Origin: Setoptus koraiensis
Taxonomy: Eukaryota; Animalia; Arthropoda
Assembly (NCBI GenBank): GCA_048013815.1
Contig: CM106586.1
Coordinates: 24,118,001-24,182,000, forward strand
Direction of reading: 5' to 3'
Length of the DNA stretch: 64,000 bases
Part shown: positions 20,398-33,145 of the stretch, one piece after another
Numbering within the stretch: the stretch's first letter is position 1
Layout of the letters: each line of letters opens with the position of its first letter
Notes under the pieces: generated by a model
The model's database searches: none
The model's input: the letters and a program-made list of their open reading frames with translations, nothing else
Told to the model about the DNA's origin: nothing
Position numbers and translations under genes: made by a program

Positions 20398-21058
20398 ATG
20401 GAACTACTGAATCGTGTGGGTCTATATTTAGATGACCAAGATGATTTGAGGATTATCGATCCTGAAACTCTTGATCAATCGATGAGGCTCCGTGATCAAA
20501 TGAAGCACTTTCTTCCTTGTAAGTATGTGCCATGGTAACATTTTCTTTCTTTGTCAAAGTTTCTTCAGTATCACTACACATATACTAATATGCACATTTT
20601 CGCAAATATTTATATTTTAGCTGTCGCTAGTTTCCATCAGCAATTAAAGGCATTCATTCAGGTTATGGCTGACATTGAAAAGTTAACCGTCAACATACGT
20701 TTGAAGGCGTTGGCATCAAGCAATAGTATAGGAAAAACAACTACACTGTCAAACTCAGATAGAATTCAACAACAAAGCAATTACACTGAAGAAAACATCG
20801 ATCCAGCCATGATGGATCTTATCAGAGAAAAATCCGTAATACTTGATAGGTTAGTATCGGTATATACACGTACTCAATGTTATGCAATAATCTTTTTGCA
20901 TTTAATTTGCAAAATAAACTAAAAGCACAAATTTTAATTCTATATAATCCAACTTTTATTAATCTATCAACAAAAGATTAAATGCTGAATTAATAGTCAC
21001 CTCTAACCGTATTGAGGATCAACAACAATTGATAAGCTGTCTGGAATCTATTATATAA
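20398..21058 (+). CDS. IFT20: Intraflagellar transport protein 20 homolog, 3 exons, about 143 aa
   Basis: Exons 20398-20518, 20621-20849, 20977-21058 (GT-AG, phases 1 and 2) give MELLNRVGLYLDDQDDLRIIDPETLDQSMRLRDQMKHF...FHQQLKAFIQ...IRLKALASSN...IREKSVILDRLNAELIVTSNRIEDQQQLISCL. This matches the IFT20 pattern (GLHFDELNKLRVLDPE ... EKKMQLERYRVE, recalled from memory). Confidence 0.8.
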
Positions 21059-21159
21059 TGCCTGTTAATGTAAAGAAATATATATAATCACACAACTGTC
21101 TCACTCACCTACAAACAAAAACACTCATCAAGGAACAAATCAAACCAACTATAAATCAA

Positions 21160-21520
21160 ATAGGAGCAACAACAAAAAGTGTAGATAATCATGATAAGAT
21201 AATCATGCAAATCCATTATACTAAATTAATTTATTACTAGTATACTAGACTGGATATCCTAGTTACTGATGATAGAAATAATGAAAACTTTATTGTGTGG
21301 TGTCTTTTATGCACACAATAATACACAAACTCACACATATATACAATATATAGTATATAGGTCACACCTAAATAACCATTCATAGTTCATGTTGATAAAA
21401 TTTCTATAAATATATATATCTATTGGTATTAGAACTGTCAATGATGATGATGCCGATGATGACTAGTATAAGTAACAAATTTGAGCTCAAGACTTCTTTC
21501 CTGTCTGAGTGGGTGGTCTC
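21160..21520 (+). repeat. Diverged outer flank of the SERCA inverted duplication (copy of about 7759-8097), between the IFT20 and Dscam stop codons
   Basis: See 7759-8097. Contains minus-strand AATAAA at 21230-21235 and 21289-21294. Confidence 0.88.
21230..21294 (-). terminator. Candidate polyadenylation signals (2x AATAAA, minus strand) for the Dscam-like gene
   Basis: tttatt on the + strand at 21230-21235 and 21289-21294, 300-370 bp past the Dscam stop; a further one lies at 21562-21567. Confidence 0.35.
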
Positions 21521-21600
21521 ATAGAGTTTCGTTTTGGCGTTTACATTAAAAATATAGAAAATTTATTTAATCTAATAATTATCACATGTTGACAGGCGGG

Positions 21601-24600
21601 TTAGAAGGCTTGTTTATTATTATTATTACTGTTTTGTATCAAGCTCTCATAGTTTATCGTCGTATGAACCTAATAATTGAATGAGAATTATGAAAAGATT
21701 GCGGTTGAGAGATTGAAATGAATCAGTTATGGCATGTTACAGATAAGTGATATCATTATCTATACCTTTGTAGATAATACCTACCTCATTGAACAAACCA
21801 TCTTTACCGTTAGTTAGGATTTTGTTGGAATTTGATCGTGGTATAACGGAGCGACTATAAGTTGATTGAGAATTGTGTTGATTGTGATCTTGATGTTTGA
21901 CATGATACAAAGAATCATCTTGATTATCATTATTATTATCGACATTGAATGAATTGTTGTTGATATTATTGCAATTACTGTTGTTGTCGCCGTTGTCACC
22001 ACTATTGTCGTCATTTCCTCCACTATGATCAGACACCTGACTTAGATAAGATTGTATAGACTCGATGCCACTATCTGCTGTCATTACTCCGCAATTGTTG
22101 TTGTTTGTTGTCGCAACGAGGCCATTGTCACCGATTTGTGACGGCAGTGTCATGTTGAGTGACTGATGTAGGTGTTGATTCAAATGATTGGAGGCCCCAT
22201 TCTGATTTAACGGAACAACATCGTATACTTGAGGCATTGCATAATTGGAGTTGTCACAATTATTCGCAATGCTGCCATTTGCCTGCAAATTGTTCGAGTT
22301 AAGATTGCTGTCATCAATTAGACCATATGTAGTGTCTAAAACTCTTTGTTGTTGATTAATGAGAATCTGCTCCAATTGCGAATCTGTCAATGGGTCCGAT
22401 TGAGCGTTACGAGCTGTTAGATCTAACGAATGATGCTGACCAAACGTCGATTGAAGTCTATTAGTGTTTGTTTGAGCCTGATTATTGGTAGATTGGCCCA
22501 TATATTGATGATTTAAAGTTTGCATGTTAATCATAGGTTTGCTTGAATTAGCTAAATAGATATTATTATCCAATTGATTGTGATGATTATGACCAAATCT
22601 GTGCAAAGTACCCGTGGCATAATTGACAGCATTGCTATTATCCATTGCATTATTATACAACCGATCATCTAAAATAGCTGTGTGTTGTTGTTGTTTTAAA
22701 ATGGAATGCTGGTGTGACGGTGGCTGAAATGATTTTATGTAATTATGTTGCAATGTCATAGATTGCTGTTGATTGTTTAATATGTGCTTAGTGAGATCTT
22801 GTGTATGCTGATGCATCAATTTATCCCTATTGCTAGCATATTCAGCCACCAACGCACTACTATTTGCCAGCGGATCAATTGATGATCCAAGAGGCATAAT
22901 ATCGGCAGTAGATTTATGAAGTTTTTGTTTCTGTTGTTGCTGTTGACAATTTGTGTATTCGTTTAGATGATTGGCGCTCGTTATTAAGTTGAAATCTTTC
23001 ATCGAGACAGATTGATTAAAATTTGCATGAGTGTTAGACTTGATCCCATTAGAGGATGCTCTCAATGTTTGCAAGTGTTGTTGAGAGTCTGTCGCAATTA
23101 TAACAATTGAATGAATCGATGGGAATAGATCGACCGATTGATTGATTGGCGAACCAATTCACGTACGAAAAAGAATATAAATATATGTATACATATAGTT
23201 AGAGAATGAGAAAGACAATGATAAGGTGAATAGTAATAGAATCATTATGTAACTCACTTGTGCGACTTGACAGAGCTGGCTGCTGTTTGACGTGACACCA
23301 AAACAATCTGGAGCATATGTTATTGCTGTTGTTGTTTGTGTCATGAGTATCAGAAGCTGACTGTTGTTGTTGTTGATGCTGTTTTTTATTGTTGCTAACT
23401 CTGAAGAAACAAAAAGCCATTAAAGTGATGAGAGTAACGACACAGATAAACATTACAGTGGCCGACAGCATGTGATCTTGATAAAAGTAATAATAATCAT
23501 TGTTGACATTTTGCGATTCACTGTTACCACCATTGTTACTGCTACCAGCACTATTGCCACCATTAGCGTCTCTCGTTAAACCGTTTCCAATTCTAAATAC
23601 AGTCTCTATAAAGTGAAACGAAAAACAACAAAAAATACAAAACATCAACAGACAGAAAATTGCGTTGCGTAATATATACAAACAACAACAAAACAAAAAG
23701 AGATATATCACGTTAATAAGGATAATATAGGGGCATCTATTTATAACATGTGAATCAATGATGATGTTAGTAATTAGGTAATTGATTGCACTTACCACGT
23801 CTGGTGTTAACTAATGAGCTTGTTGTATTAGTGGTGATAAAATCGTATTGTGCTAAGGTTGAGCCAGCTGAATTGAAAGCAATCATCTCTAGATCGTAAT
23901 GACTGTTAGTTTGCAGATTCTTCAATGTGTACAACGATTGATGTGGCTGTTGTTGTTGTTGTTGCTGTTGTTGGTCAGTTTGCGATTGTTGTTGTTGCCG
24001 GTTATTTGTGTGTATAATTGGCATATTGTTTTGGGCCAATTGTGCAATGTTTGTTGTAAGCCAATTGGTTTGTTGTTTTGCTTTTAACTTAACTGTAAAT
24101 TGCACTATTGGACAGCCACCTGATTTCCATGAGGCCAAATTGATGGTGACATCATGCGATTGTATTGATATGATTAATTCCTGCTTGCTCAATGGTGCCA
24201 CCGGTGGCTCACCTTGAGTACGAGTTGTCACAGTTGGACTAGGCTCGGATTTGCCAACACTATTGCGTGATGTCATAAACAATTCATAAACTTGACCACA
24301 TTCCAATTGATCCAATGTATAGGTGAATTGTTTGTTTTGTTGCTGCTCTAAGTAGCCGTTATTGTTGTTCATTTGTTTAATGTTTTGATTGTTACCTATG
24401 ATCTGTTGTTGTTGTTGCATCAATTGTTGACTTGTTATGATTCGCTCTATGTATGGTTCATTGAGAGCAATTGGGGCCGAATTAAACTGATTCATCATCT
24501 GCTGAAGCGAGTGATCTTGTTGATTAATTGTTGTTGTTGTTGCTGCTGTTGCTGTTGAGTCAATCGATGACACTGGCTGATTGACACTGCTGGCTGATAG

Positions 24601-27600
24601 AGGCTGCTGCTGTGAACCACTAGCCAAACTTGAGGAAGTTGCTGCTGCTGGCAAGGGCGACACATTCAAACGTCTAAAATAAAGTGAATAATGATAATTA
24701 GCTAAACTAATGAAATTAACTGACATCACTGTCCAAGTGAATGTAATGGATTGCTGACTTGTTGATTGTATGTGTATAATTGGTGCGCTAGGCGGAACAT
24801 CATCCAACGTCTTCACTGACACAACAACAGACTTTGGGCCCCAACCGCGACTGTTGATGGCCTGAACCCAAGTGAGATAGTTTGTGGAACGTTGTAAATT
24901 AGTTAAATGAGCAACAACAAGGGCATTATCTGGCGATCCATTCAGCAATTTATTTGTCAGATGTTTGGTCTGATCCGTTGGAATGTTATTGTATTGCTGA
25001 TGTTGGTGATTTGTTTGATTGCCTGATTGACCACGTAGACTGCTATTGTTGTTATTGTTGTTAAGTAGATGTGTCTCGATGAGTCCATCGTGACTTTGAA
25101 TAGTCTGTCCAAAGTTGTTGTTGTTATTGTTGTTGTTATTATTATTATTATTATAATTATTTAAATTGTCGGTGCTAATCACTGAATTGACATGGTTAAT
25201 CAACAATGAATTTGTCCATTCGATTGTCTTGTTCAACTCGATTGCTGATTCTATGGGTCGATAGCCAATATTAAAACCTATCAAATGTCCATTCCAGGTG
25301 CGTCTATCAGGCGGCTGCTCAATGTGTTTGGGCAACGAAAAAAGTTATTAGTAATTATATTTTTCTATTATATTTGTACTATACATTGTATAAGTTTATT
25401 TGTGCAAATTGCATGGTATCGGATATACACAATAATATACACAATATCCGATATCATGCAATTATCCGCTCATGAGTTTATCACAAATTCAATTATCCAC
25501 TTACCGTCCAAGAGACTTTTATGGAATTCGGACCAGTGGCCGAGGCCTGAATACGATTTGGTGGCCCGCTTGGCGGAGCCTCCTCCGTTTTGGCTCTTAT
25601 CCAATCACTAAATTCACCCAAACCAATCTTGTTCATAGCAGCCAAACGTAATCTATACACGCTGTTTGGTTGTAGATCTTTTATGATTAAATGTGTGTCA
25701 CTTTGATTGACATTCAATTCCACCAAGGTTCTATCTAGATCGTCGGCCAATTGTTCAAAGGCATTCTGGTTAGCGGCCAATGCCGCTTGTTGCAATTGTT
25801 GCTGAACTGTTGTTGTTATAGACTGTTGTTGACTAATATTTGCTTGTCCAATCAATGCATCGAGATCTAAATTGTAAAAATCATCTGATTGATATTGAAC
25901 TAGGTATGATATAATGGGTGAATTGCCGTTGAAATGAGTTAACCAGCGCAATGATAATGTGGTAGAAGTGGCATTAGTTATTATCAACTCTGTCGCTTTG
26001 TCCGGGACATCTGCTCGTCATGACACAACAAGCGTAACATTGTCAAAGTGACAACGTTGTCATAATGTGTATTAACGACGATAGTTACGAGGATTACAAA
26101 ACAAATTAATTAATTAGATTAATTGATGAGCATCAAAATTGGATGCTGAATTGCTTCATTCAGTAAATATTTATTATATAGTTATATATATTATTAACCT
26201 ACCTTGCACTAATAGCATGATGATGGTCTTGTCAAGGCCATACTTATTTTGCGCCTCGCACGTGTAATGGCCTGTATCTTGGCGGTCAGTCTTGGCGATT
26301 ATCAACTTGGAATAGGTGTGATTGTTTTGTGTATTGAGACCTTGGTCCAGCCTTCAGTGGTTGCAATCAATTCATGATTAGTTGTAATATGATGTTGTGA
26401 TGAGATAATAACGTTGTTATCATGATTATTTGTTATTACTTGCATCATTATTATTGATTGATTGATTATGGAGCCAACAGGACAACATAACACAACATTG
26501 TCGCCTACTTACAAGTAACGTTTATCTGTTCGCTTGATGGCTCGATCTTTGTATGACCATTCAATTTGAATGGGTAAATCACCAGAACAAGAGCATGTAA
26601 GCTCGGCTCTGTCTTCGATGCGCACCTCCAAAGTGGTCAGTTTCGAGCGAAACTTTGCAGGTTCTTTCATAGGATAAATTCACAGGATTCATTGATTTCG
26701 GGATTGATGGATTAAAATTAAGGTTAGATTAAACCAATTTAATTAATTTAAGTATGTGAGTGTTTAAAATGATGGCATTGCAGTAACTTACCGTGAACAA
26801 TCATTTTGATGAGTTTCGTTAGATCGGGCCCGTAACCATTGTGCGCCGTGCAAAGATAGTAGCCTGATTCACGCACAGTCAAGTTAGTGATGGCCAATGA
26901 GCCATTTGCATTTATGCTAAAACGGGAGCTCTCATAAATGGGCACAAAGTCCCAGTTTTGGGGCACTTTACATTAAGTGTGCATTGAGTAGATGAGTAGT
27001 TAGGAGATAAATACAAGTTAGTACGCGCACTAATTAAGAATAAAGGTCTAGCACTTTAAGAATTTCCATTTAGTCATCGTGCAAACACACTCTATTGTTG
27101 GTCTGGTCGTGAAGTATTTTTTTGAATGTATTCGTTGGAGAGTATTCTGTATGAGCGAATACTTTCGAATCAATAACTCAATAAATAAAATGCACGAGAG
27201 TCAATGATTTATTTGAAGCACGCCTGACGCTGATGCTGCTATGAAATGACAACTTGTCAGACTGTCGAGCTGTCAGTCAGTCAGTTAGCTATTTAGTCGT
27301 TTACTGATTACATTAGTTAGTTGGCTCCGAAATGAATTGCAACACGCTTCTAAATTGAGTCGCATCGATGTCGCAATGTAGCGTTACAAATATTAGTTGT
27401 CGTTTCGATGGCTTCCAGTTTTTGCATGTTGATGCTGCATAAAAAATTGAAGATGCTAATGAATGTAGCAAACGTGCATTGGAATTTTGAAAGCCTGCAT
27501 GAGTCTAGCACTAGCTACAAACAGAGGCTAGTTGACACTTTAATCAAGCAAGGTGAGTGCAAGTTGCAAGTCGCTATGACGCAACAATGATTATTTTGGC

Positions 27601-30600
27601 TCGGCTCTAATCATGTCGTCGCTATATGCCTAATAGCATATGACACACTACATACAAACGTACTGCAACGTAATATAGTAAAGTGTATGTATACAATGTG
27701 CAATATGTGTCTAGTGGAGAAAATTAGAATCACTAGAGAAGGAGCAAGATGCACACTTTGACTAGCAGTATGTGTGCAAATTCATTCATTGTCTTGTGTG
27801 TTGTCAATCCAACTTGACACTGCCGTTGGACACTCAACTAACAAGAAACGACAAAGCTGATTAGGCAACTTACGCAATAATTTAGTTGCACGTTATGTAT
27901 AATAACGCGTGTTATAATGAGCACGTGGCAGAAGCAAGGCAGGCAAACATTGTAACAGTATTGTAATAACAGTGATTGGTATGAGCACGTCAAGTTAGTC
28001 AAGTTTTAGTTAGTTAGTTTGGTCGCTAGAGTGAGTGTGCGTTTGCATAGTTTGACGTTACTGTATAGTGGGCAACATAGCGGCGATAGATATTAGATTG
28101 TCATTATTAGAGATTATATCTCTCTTGTGTAAACTCACTAACTGGCTAGCTCGCACTAATTAACTTTTGATGCAATCTAATTTGGAAATTATCCCAGTCT
28201 GGTCGCAGACGCACAACTCACAGCCAACAGCTAACAGCTAACAGCGAACAGCTTACAGCTCGAAGCTCAAAGCCCAAAGCTCACAGCTGAGAGCTAATAA
28301 TAATGATGCTAATCTTGTTGGCGCTACTTGAAATAGCCTGTCTAATATATAAATGTCTACACAGTGTTTGTCAGCATGGTGTTTGTCAGGCAGCATTGGG
28401 GCCCTCGATGTGAGCACAAAAACGTCGAGAGCGAGACGAGCACGATAATTCAAGTTGCAGTTTGAACAAGTTAATAACTTTGCAACTAACAAAAACAAGA
28501 CGACTCACAATTGTCAGACGCCATGAGCACGACAGTGTCGCCGACAGAATTGTTGTTGCTCTATTTTTTGGTTGTTGCTGTATTTTTTGGTGCAAGCTCG
28601 CTTTCTTGGCCGGCCGAACGTGTTCGGAATAACAACAGCTCGTTGTCACTCAATTGGTTCAAATGATTTTTAAAACCAATCGCGCACATAGATACTCGAC
28701 ACGCTCGACACACTCGATGGCACAGTTGAACTGCGTCGAGACTCGCGAGTGACCATAGGTCAGCCGTGGGCCAGGCAGTCGCTGGCCGGCATCAAGTTTG
28801 CAGTTGAGATTTAATAATTCAATGTGACTACAGCTAGATATCGCCAATTTACAATAAGTGAGCTAGCTCCAAACATGGGGCCGCGCCAGCAATAAAATCA
28901 TTGCCAGCGCCACCAAAGTTGCCCAATGCAAACCAAAAATCACTGGCCACTAGCTTATTTCAATGGCTTGTGATTTTGGGGGCTCAGTTTGAATTCAAAG
29001 TGCAAGTTTGGCTATTGCCAACACAGTAACAACAATAACGATGGCTAATAAATTTCATTTTGCAGCCGCCAAGCCGTACGGCACAAAATGGAAACCTATC
29101 AATTTGATAGTATCAAATACAATCACAACTATCTATAAAAATAATAAAAAGACAACTCAAGTGAAAAGTTGACCAATTTGCTGGCACTCACTGGCGGCCG
29201 TCCATTGATTTGTTTGCTGAAAATCTAAAAGCACGGGCATAAATTGAGTGAAATTGGTGTCTATGTGTGGAATCAATTCAATTGTCGCCGACACAGTTGT
29301 GATCAATTTTATCGTTAATAAACATACTTTATACGGGAGTCAGTGGGCGCACGACGTGATGAAAATTACAAATTACAATTGCATGTCCATGAGTTGCAAT
29401 TGATATGGTCGATATCGGCCATCGGTGACACTCTAATGAAGTGTCTAGTATCTCTGTCTGGTATCAGATGGCTGAATACAGGATCTAGCAACCATCCAAT
29501 TCTAGCAACTATCTAATGAAAGTTGAAAGTGTCATCATTGCTCTTTCTCTCGCTCTCTCTCTCTCTCTCCTTGAAAATGAAATTGTTTTCTTGAAAAAAT
29601 AAAGTTGTTTTTCACTCGAAACTGAAACCGAAACTGAAACCATCGGACGTAATAATTTGCAGCAGCACTCGCTGAATACATCAGTCGTTACACTGACAAT
29701 TGTGAATAAATTATTGTAATTATGTAAGTGTTTACAGCAATACTCACCTCTGGCCTTTTTCCAGTTTATCACAGGCTTCGGGTGTCCAGTGGCGGCGCAA
29801 TCAATTACCGCAAAATGGCCACTAATAGCCTCCACGTCGCTTGGTTCCACCGTGAACGTAGGCGAGGCTAGATGCAGCGAGCGTTGTCAAGCAGATTAAT
29901 AATAAAGTTTTCGTTTAGAGACAAATCAGTGTAATTAATTGAGTAACTAATTATAAATTATTTGAAAATTATTTGTCTATTTGAAAATAATTGCATAACA
30001 ATTAATTATGAAATGAATTGGTTAATAATTAGAAGATCAGTTATGTAACTCACCGTTTATTATCAATGTAGAACTGTGGCTCGATTGGGCGGCCTCATTC
30101 TGAACTAGGCAAGTGTAATTGCCAGAATATTTCAGTTCTAGACAATCTATTAACAATATTGAATAATCTTCTGAATTTCTTATCTTGATGGCCTGCCAAT
30201 CGTTGAGTTTGCTCAGTTGTTGCTGATTGCGTTGCTGGTGACGCTGGAATCTCTGATGTTGATTGAGGCTATCATAACGACTATTGGCAACATCACTCAC
30301 CGCAACTGTTGTTGCAACTTTTGTTGCATCATCACTACTAATTAACTGGTTGTCCTTTAACCAATGAAAGCTGACAGGTTGATCACCCTCCTGAATGGAG
30401 CAAATAATGCTCACTTTCATACCAACTTTTGCGTCGGACGGAAATTCAAACGGTGACACTTTCGGGGGAACTGTTGACACCATTAGACAATTGGAAAACA
30501 TTTAATGATCACATTATCACATTCATTGATATGCTTGCAATTTCGGTTGACAGTCATTGAGTAATTTTTGTTCAATTCTCATGTTAGCAATAATAACTCA

Positions 30601-31138
30601 CCTATGAGCCTGAGTTGGACCTGGTGCTTGCGTAAAGTTTGGCCAGAGTGCAACAGCAATTGTTGGCTTGTTTGCACACTAGAATCCAACTGACAAGTGT
30701 AAAGTCCCTCGTCTAATGATTTTTGTGCACCCGCTATCACGAGAGATCCATTTGAGTGTGCCCTATGGCGATGACTTAAGCTCACTTTAACGCCATCTGT
30801 GCATAATATCAATCAATGTTATCAATCAATGTTATATATCAATTAATTAATCAATTTTTGTCAAGCAATTATCGAGCAATGAATTGTGTTAATGATGCCC
30901 AATTTACCTTTCTCCCAAATGACACCACTGTCGTTGGGGCCCTGAGCAACTGTCCACGTGTCTGTAGAGAGTGAATTGTCTGCAACTATGGGACAGGCCA
31001 GCTCTACCCATTGGCCCCTAACTGCAATCAATTTTGTGAGATCGTTATTGTGACTCAATGTTATAGGTGCGTCTATTGATCGTCTCAGCAATTGATGATG
31101 AGTTGCAGCTGATAACAATTGTTGGTTGTCTCTGCCGT
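21601..31138 (-). CDS. Dscam: Non-classical Dscam-family adhesion receptor, core exons 2-13 (4 Ig + 4 FNIII + TM + cytoplasmic tail)
   Basis: Exons 31138-30908, 30796-30602, 30470-30054, 29867-29748, 26965-26792, 26663-26513, 26351-26203, 26010-25505, 25314-23796, 23605-23258, 23088-21785, 21669-21601, all GT-AG with matching phases and one open frame. Motifs: LACPI..VIWEKDG..SNGSLVI..DEGLYTC; VPPKVSPFEF..ICSIQEGDQPVSFHWLKD; DCAATGHPKPVINWKKA..SGYYLCTAHNGYG; DTGHYTCEAQNKYG; FNGNSPIISY; WNGHLIGFNIGY; LECGQVYE; SWKSGGCPI; TM ATVMFICVVTLITLMAFCFF. Confidence 0.9.
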
Positions 31139-31489
31139 CTGATGATCGCCCCATTTAAAGATGGACAACATTTAAAATATCAATTGTCGTCGTTGTCGTT
31201 GTTGTTGCATGATGGCCGTGGATTAAGTAGATGATATAAACGAGAAAAGAGGTAACATTCAATTATTGTTATTAGATTGGCTGTCGGATAGCATGTTGTT
31301 ATCATCGGTGAGGATCTCACGAGGATATTGGCTCAGAGCAGACAATCTTTTTCTTCTTATTTATTGGATACACTCTCGACAATCTCGACAATCTCGACAC
31401 TCTCGACACTGTGAGATTGCATCAGTCGGTGCAAAATTCAATTCTGCTCCGCCTCGACGATGCGCGCCCAACCACAGGAGCCCGACGAT

Positions 31490-31569
31490 ATATACCCTAG
31501 GGTATATTCCTTTATGATGCGAACCCTCACGATATAGACCCTTGTGACATACAAAGGGTATACCCTTTG
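31490..31569. other. Two perfect 18-bp palindromes in a degenerate GATATnnACCCT-like repeat cluster
   Basis: ATATACCCTAGGGTATAT at 31490-31507 and CAAAGGGTATACCCTTTG at 31552-31569. Confidence 0.8.
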
Positions 31570-32887
31570 ATATGCACCCTTCCAATATATATCTCTATAT
31601 AGGCTAGGAGAGCGTGAGAATAAAAGAAGCAATTACAATTGTTATTGGATTTTCCATCGGCAACACACACACGCACGCACATTTAGATGACGTTTAGATG
31701 GCCAAGTTGAGATAGTGAAGCGATGCAAAATGTCAACTAAAACACACACACACATCTATTCTAAATAATGGCGAGTTGCCAATTTGGCCAAGTTGCGATC
31801 AATTGATAAAATTGTTTAAGAATTGCATTGGATTGCAGTTGTTAATGTAGTCAGCAGTCGCTAGGTGTGAGTGGTAAATATTAATAAATAATGAATATTC
31901 AGGGTTGTGACGCTTGAGAGAACTTGCAAACGAGATGAATAGTAACGACTTGAATGTTTACTGTTGAGTAGCATTGAGCGGTAGTGAGAAGCGGTAGTGA
32001 GAAGCAGCTTCGAAAAGTGGGATAACCACGCAACAACTTATCCCACTTGGTGCCACAAGAGGCCGGATTAATTTCAGTCGGGGGCTCAGTTACTTGAGAG
32101 CGGCCCAATGGTACAAAGTGGCGTTTGTCAAATGTCTCACATATAGAGCAAGTGCTCATTGAATAAGTTGCAAGCTGAATTGCCAGTGCAAACTGGCACA
32201 CTTATGAGGATGCTCACCAGCATGAGACGCAGCCAAGATATAAGAAGCAAGCGATAAATATATCGCCTGCTGAACACACTGAATAGATGTTTCCATTTTC
32301 AATTTATGCAAATTGGCTCGCTTCTTTTGGGTTCGCGCCTTGGCCCCAAAAGTACACAAAATGCTACCAAAACAGTACCAAAATAGGCGAGACACAGCCT
32401 GGCGAGTGTCTAGGAACAGTTATCATTGGATAAGGGTCGTGTTAGTTATTCGTGACACTTATCTCGTTCTCTTTTTGTTCATTTTGAACCAATTTCGAGC
32501 CTGCTCAATTCTCAACTTGAGCAAGCAGCAGCCAGGTGCCAGTTATTACTCGAAACACTCACCTAAAATATCAGCCCACTCGCTCTACTCTGGCTCTGAT
32601 TTGGGTTTGCTTTTGGTGTGCATTCGGTCTACTTGTCGATTTCTGGCGAGCTGGAGCCCACTTTTGCTTGCAACTGGCAACTTCTAATTTGTGTGCCTGC
32701 GTCTAGTCGGCTGTTCGTTCGGATTAGCTAATCTTGTGATATTGATGAATCAGATTGAGGTAACTATTATGCAATAACAGTTAATAGTGCCCATGATACA
32801 AAATGTAATTGGCCTGAGATGATGGCTCTTTCGAGCCGCTCCAGCAGCACCAACAACAGCACCAACAACAACACCCGCAACAGCAGC

Positions 32888-32932
<45 letters not shown>
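32888..32932. repeat. (AAC)15 microsatellite
   Basis: Direct reading. Confidence 0.9.
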
Positions 32933-32933
<1 letters not shown>

Positions 32934-33102
32934 GCGGCAACCATTAGGCGAGATGAGAAACAAATTTTACAAACATTCTGTCCACTTGATTCTTTCCTCT
33001 TTTTGACCAACGCAAACACACACACAAATACAAATGGGCGCTTGTGTTGTCGTTGTTGTTGCTAGTGGGGCCAATAAATTTCATGCCTTAGTGGGCACAA
33101 AT

Positions 33103-33106
<4 letters not shown>

Positions 33107-33144
<38 letters not shown>
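33107..33144. repeat. (TG)19 microsatellite
   Basis: Direct reading. Confidence 0.9.

Positions 33145-33145
<1 letters not shown>

Noticed and set aside
20551-20922. 123-aa ORF as a stand-alone gene
   Set aside because: It is IFT20 exon 2 plus flanking intron sequence.
32015-32048. 11-bp stem AAGTGGGATAA / TTATCCCACTT
   Set aside because: A stem this short is not unexpected by chance in 30 kb.
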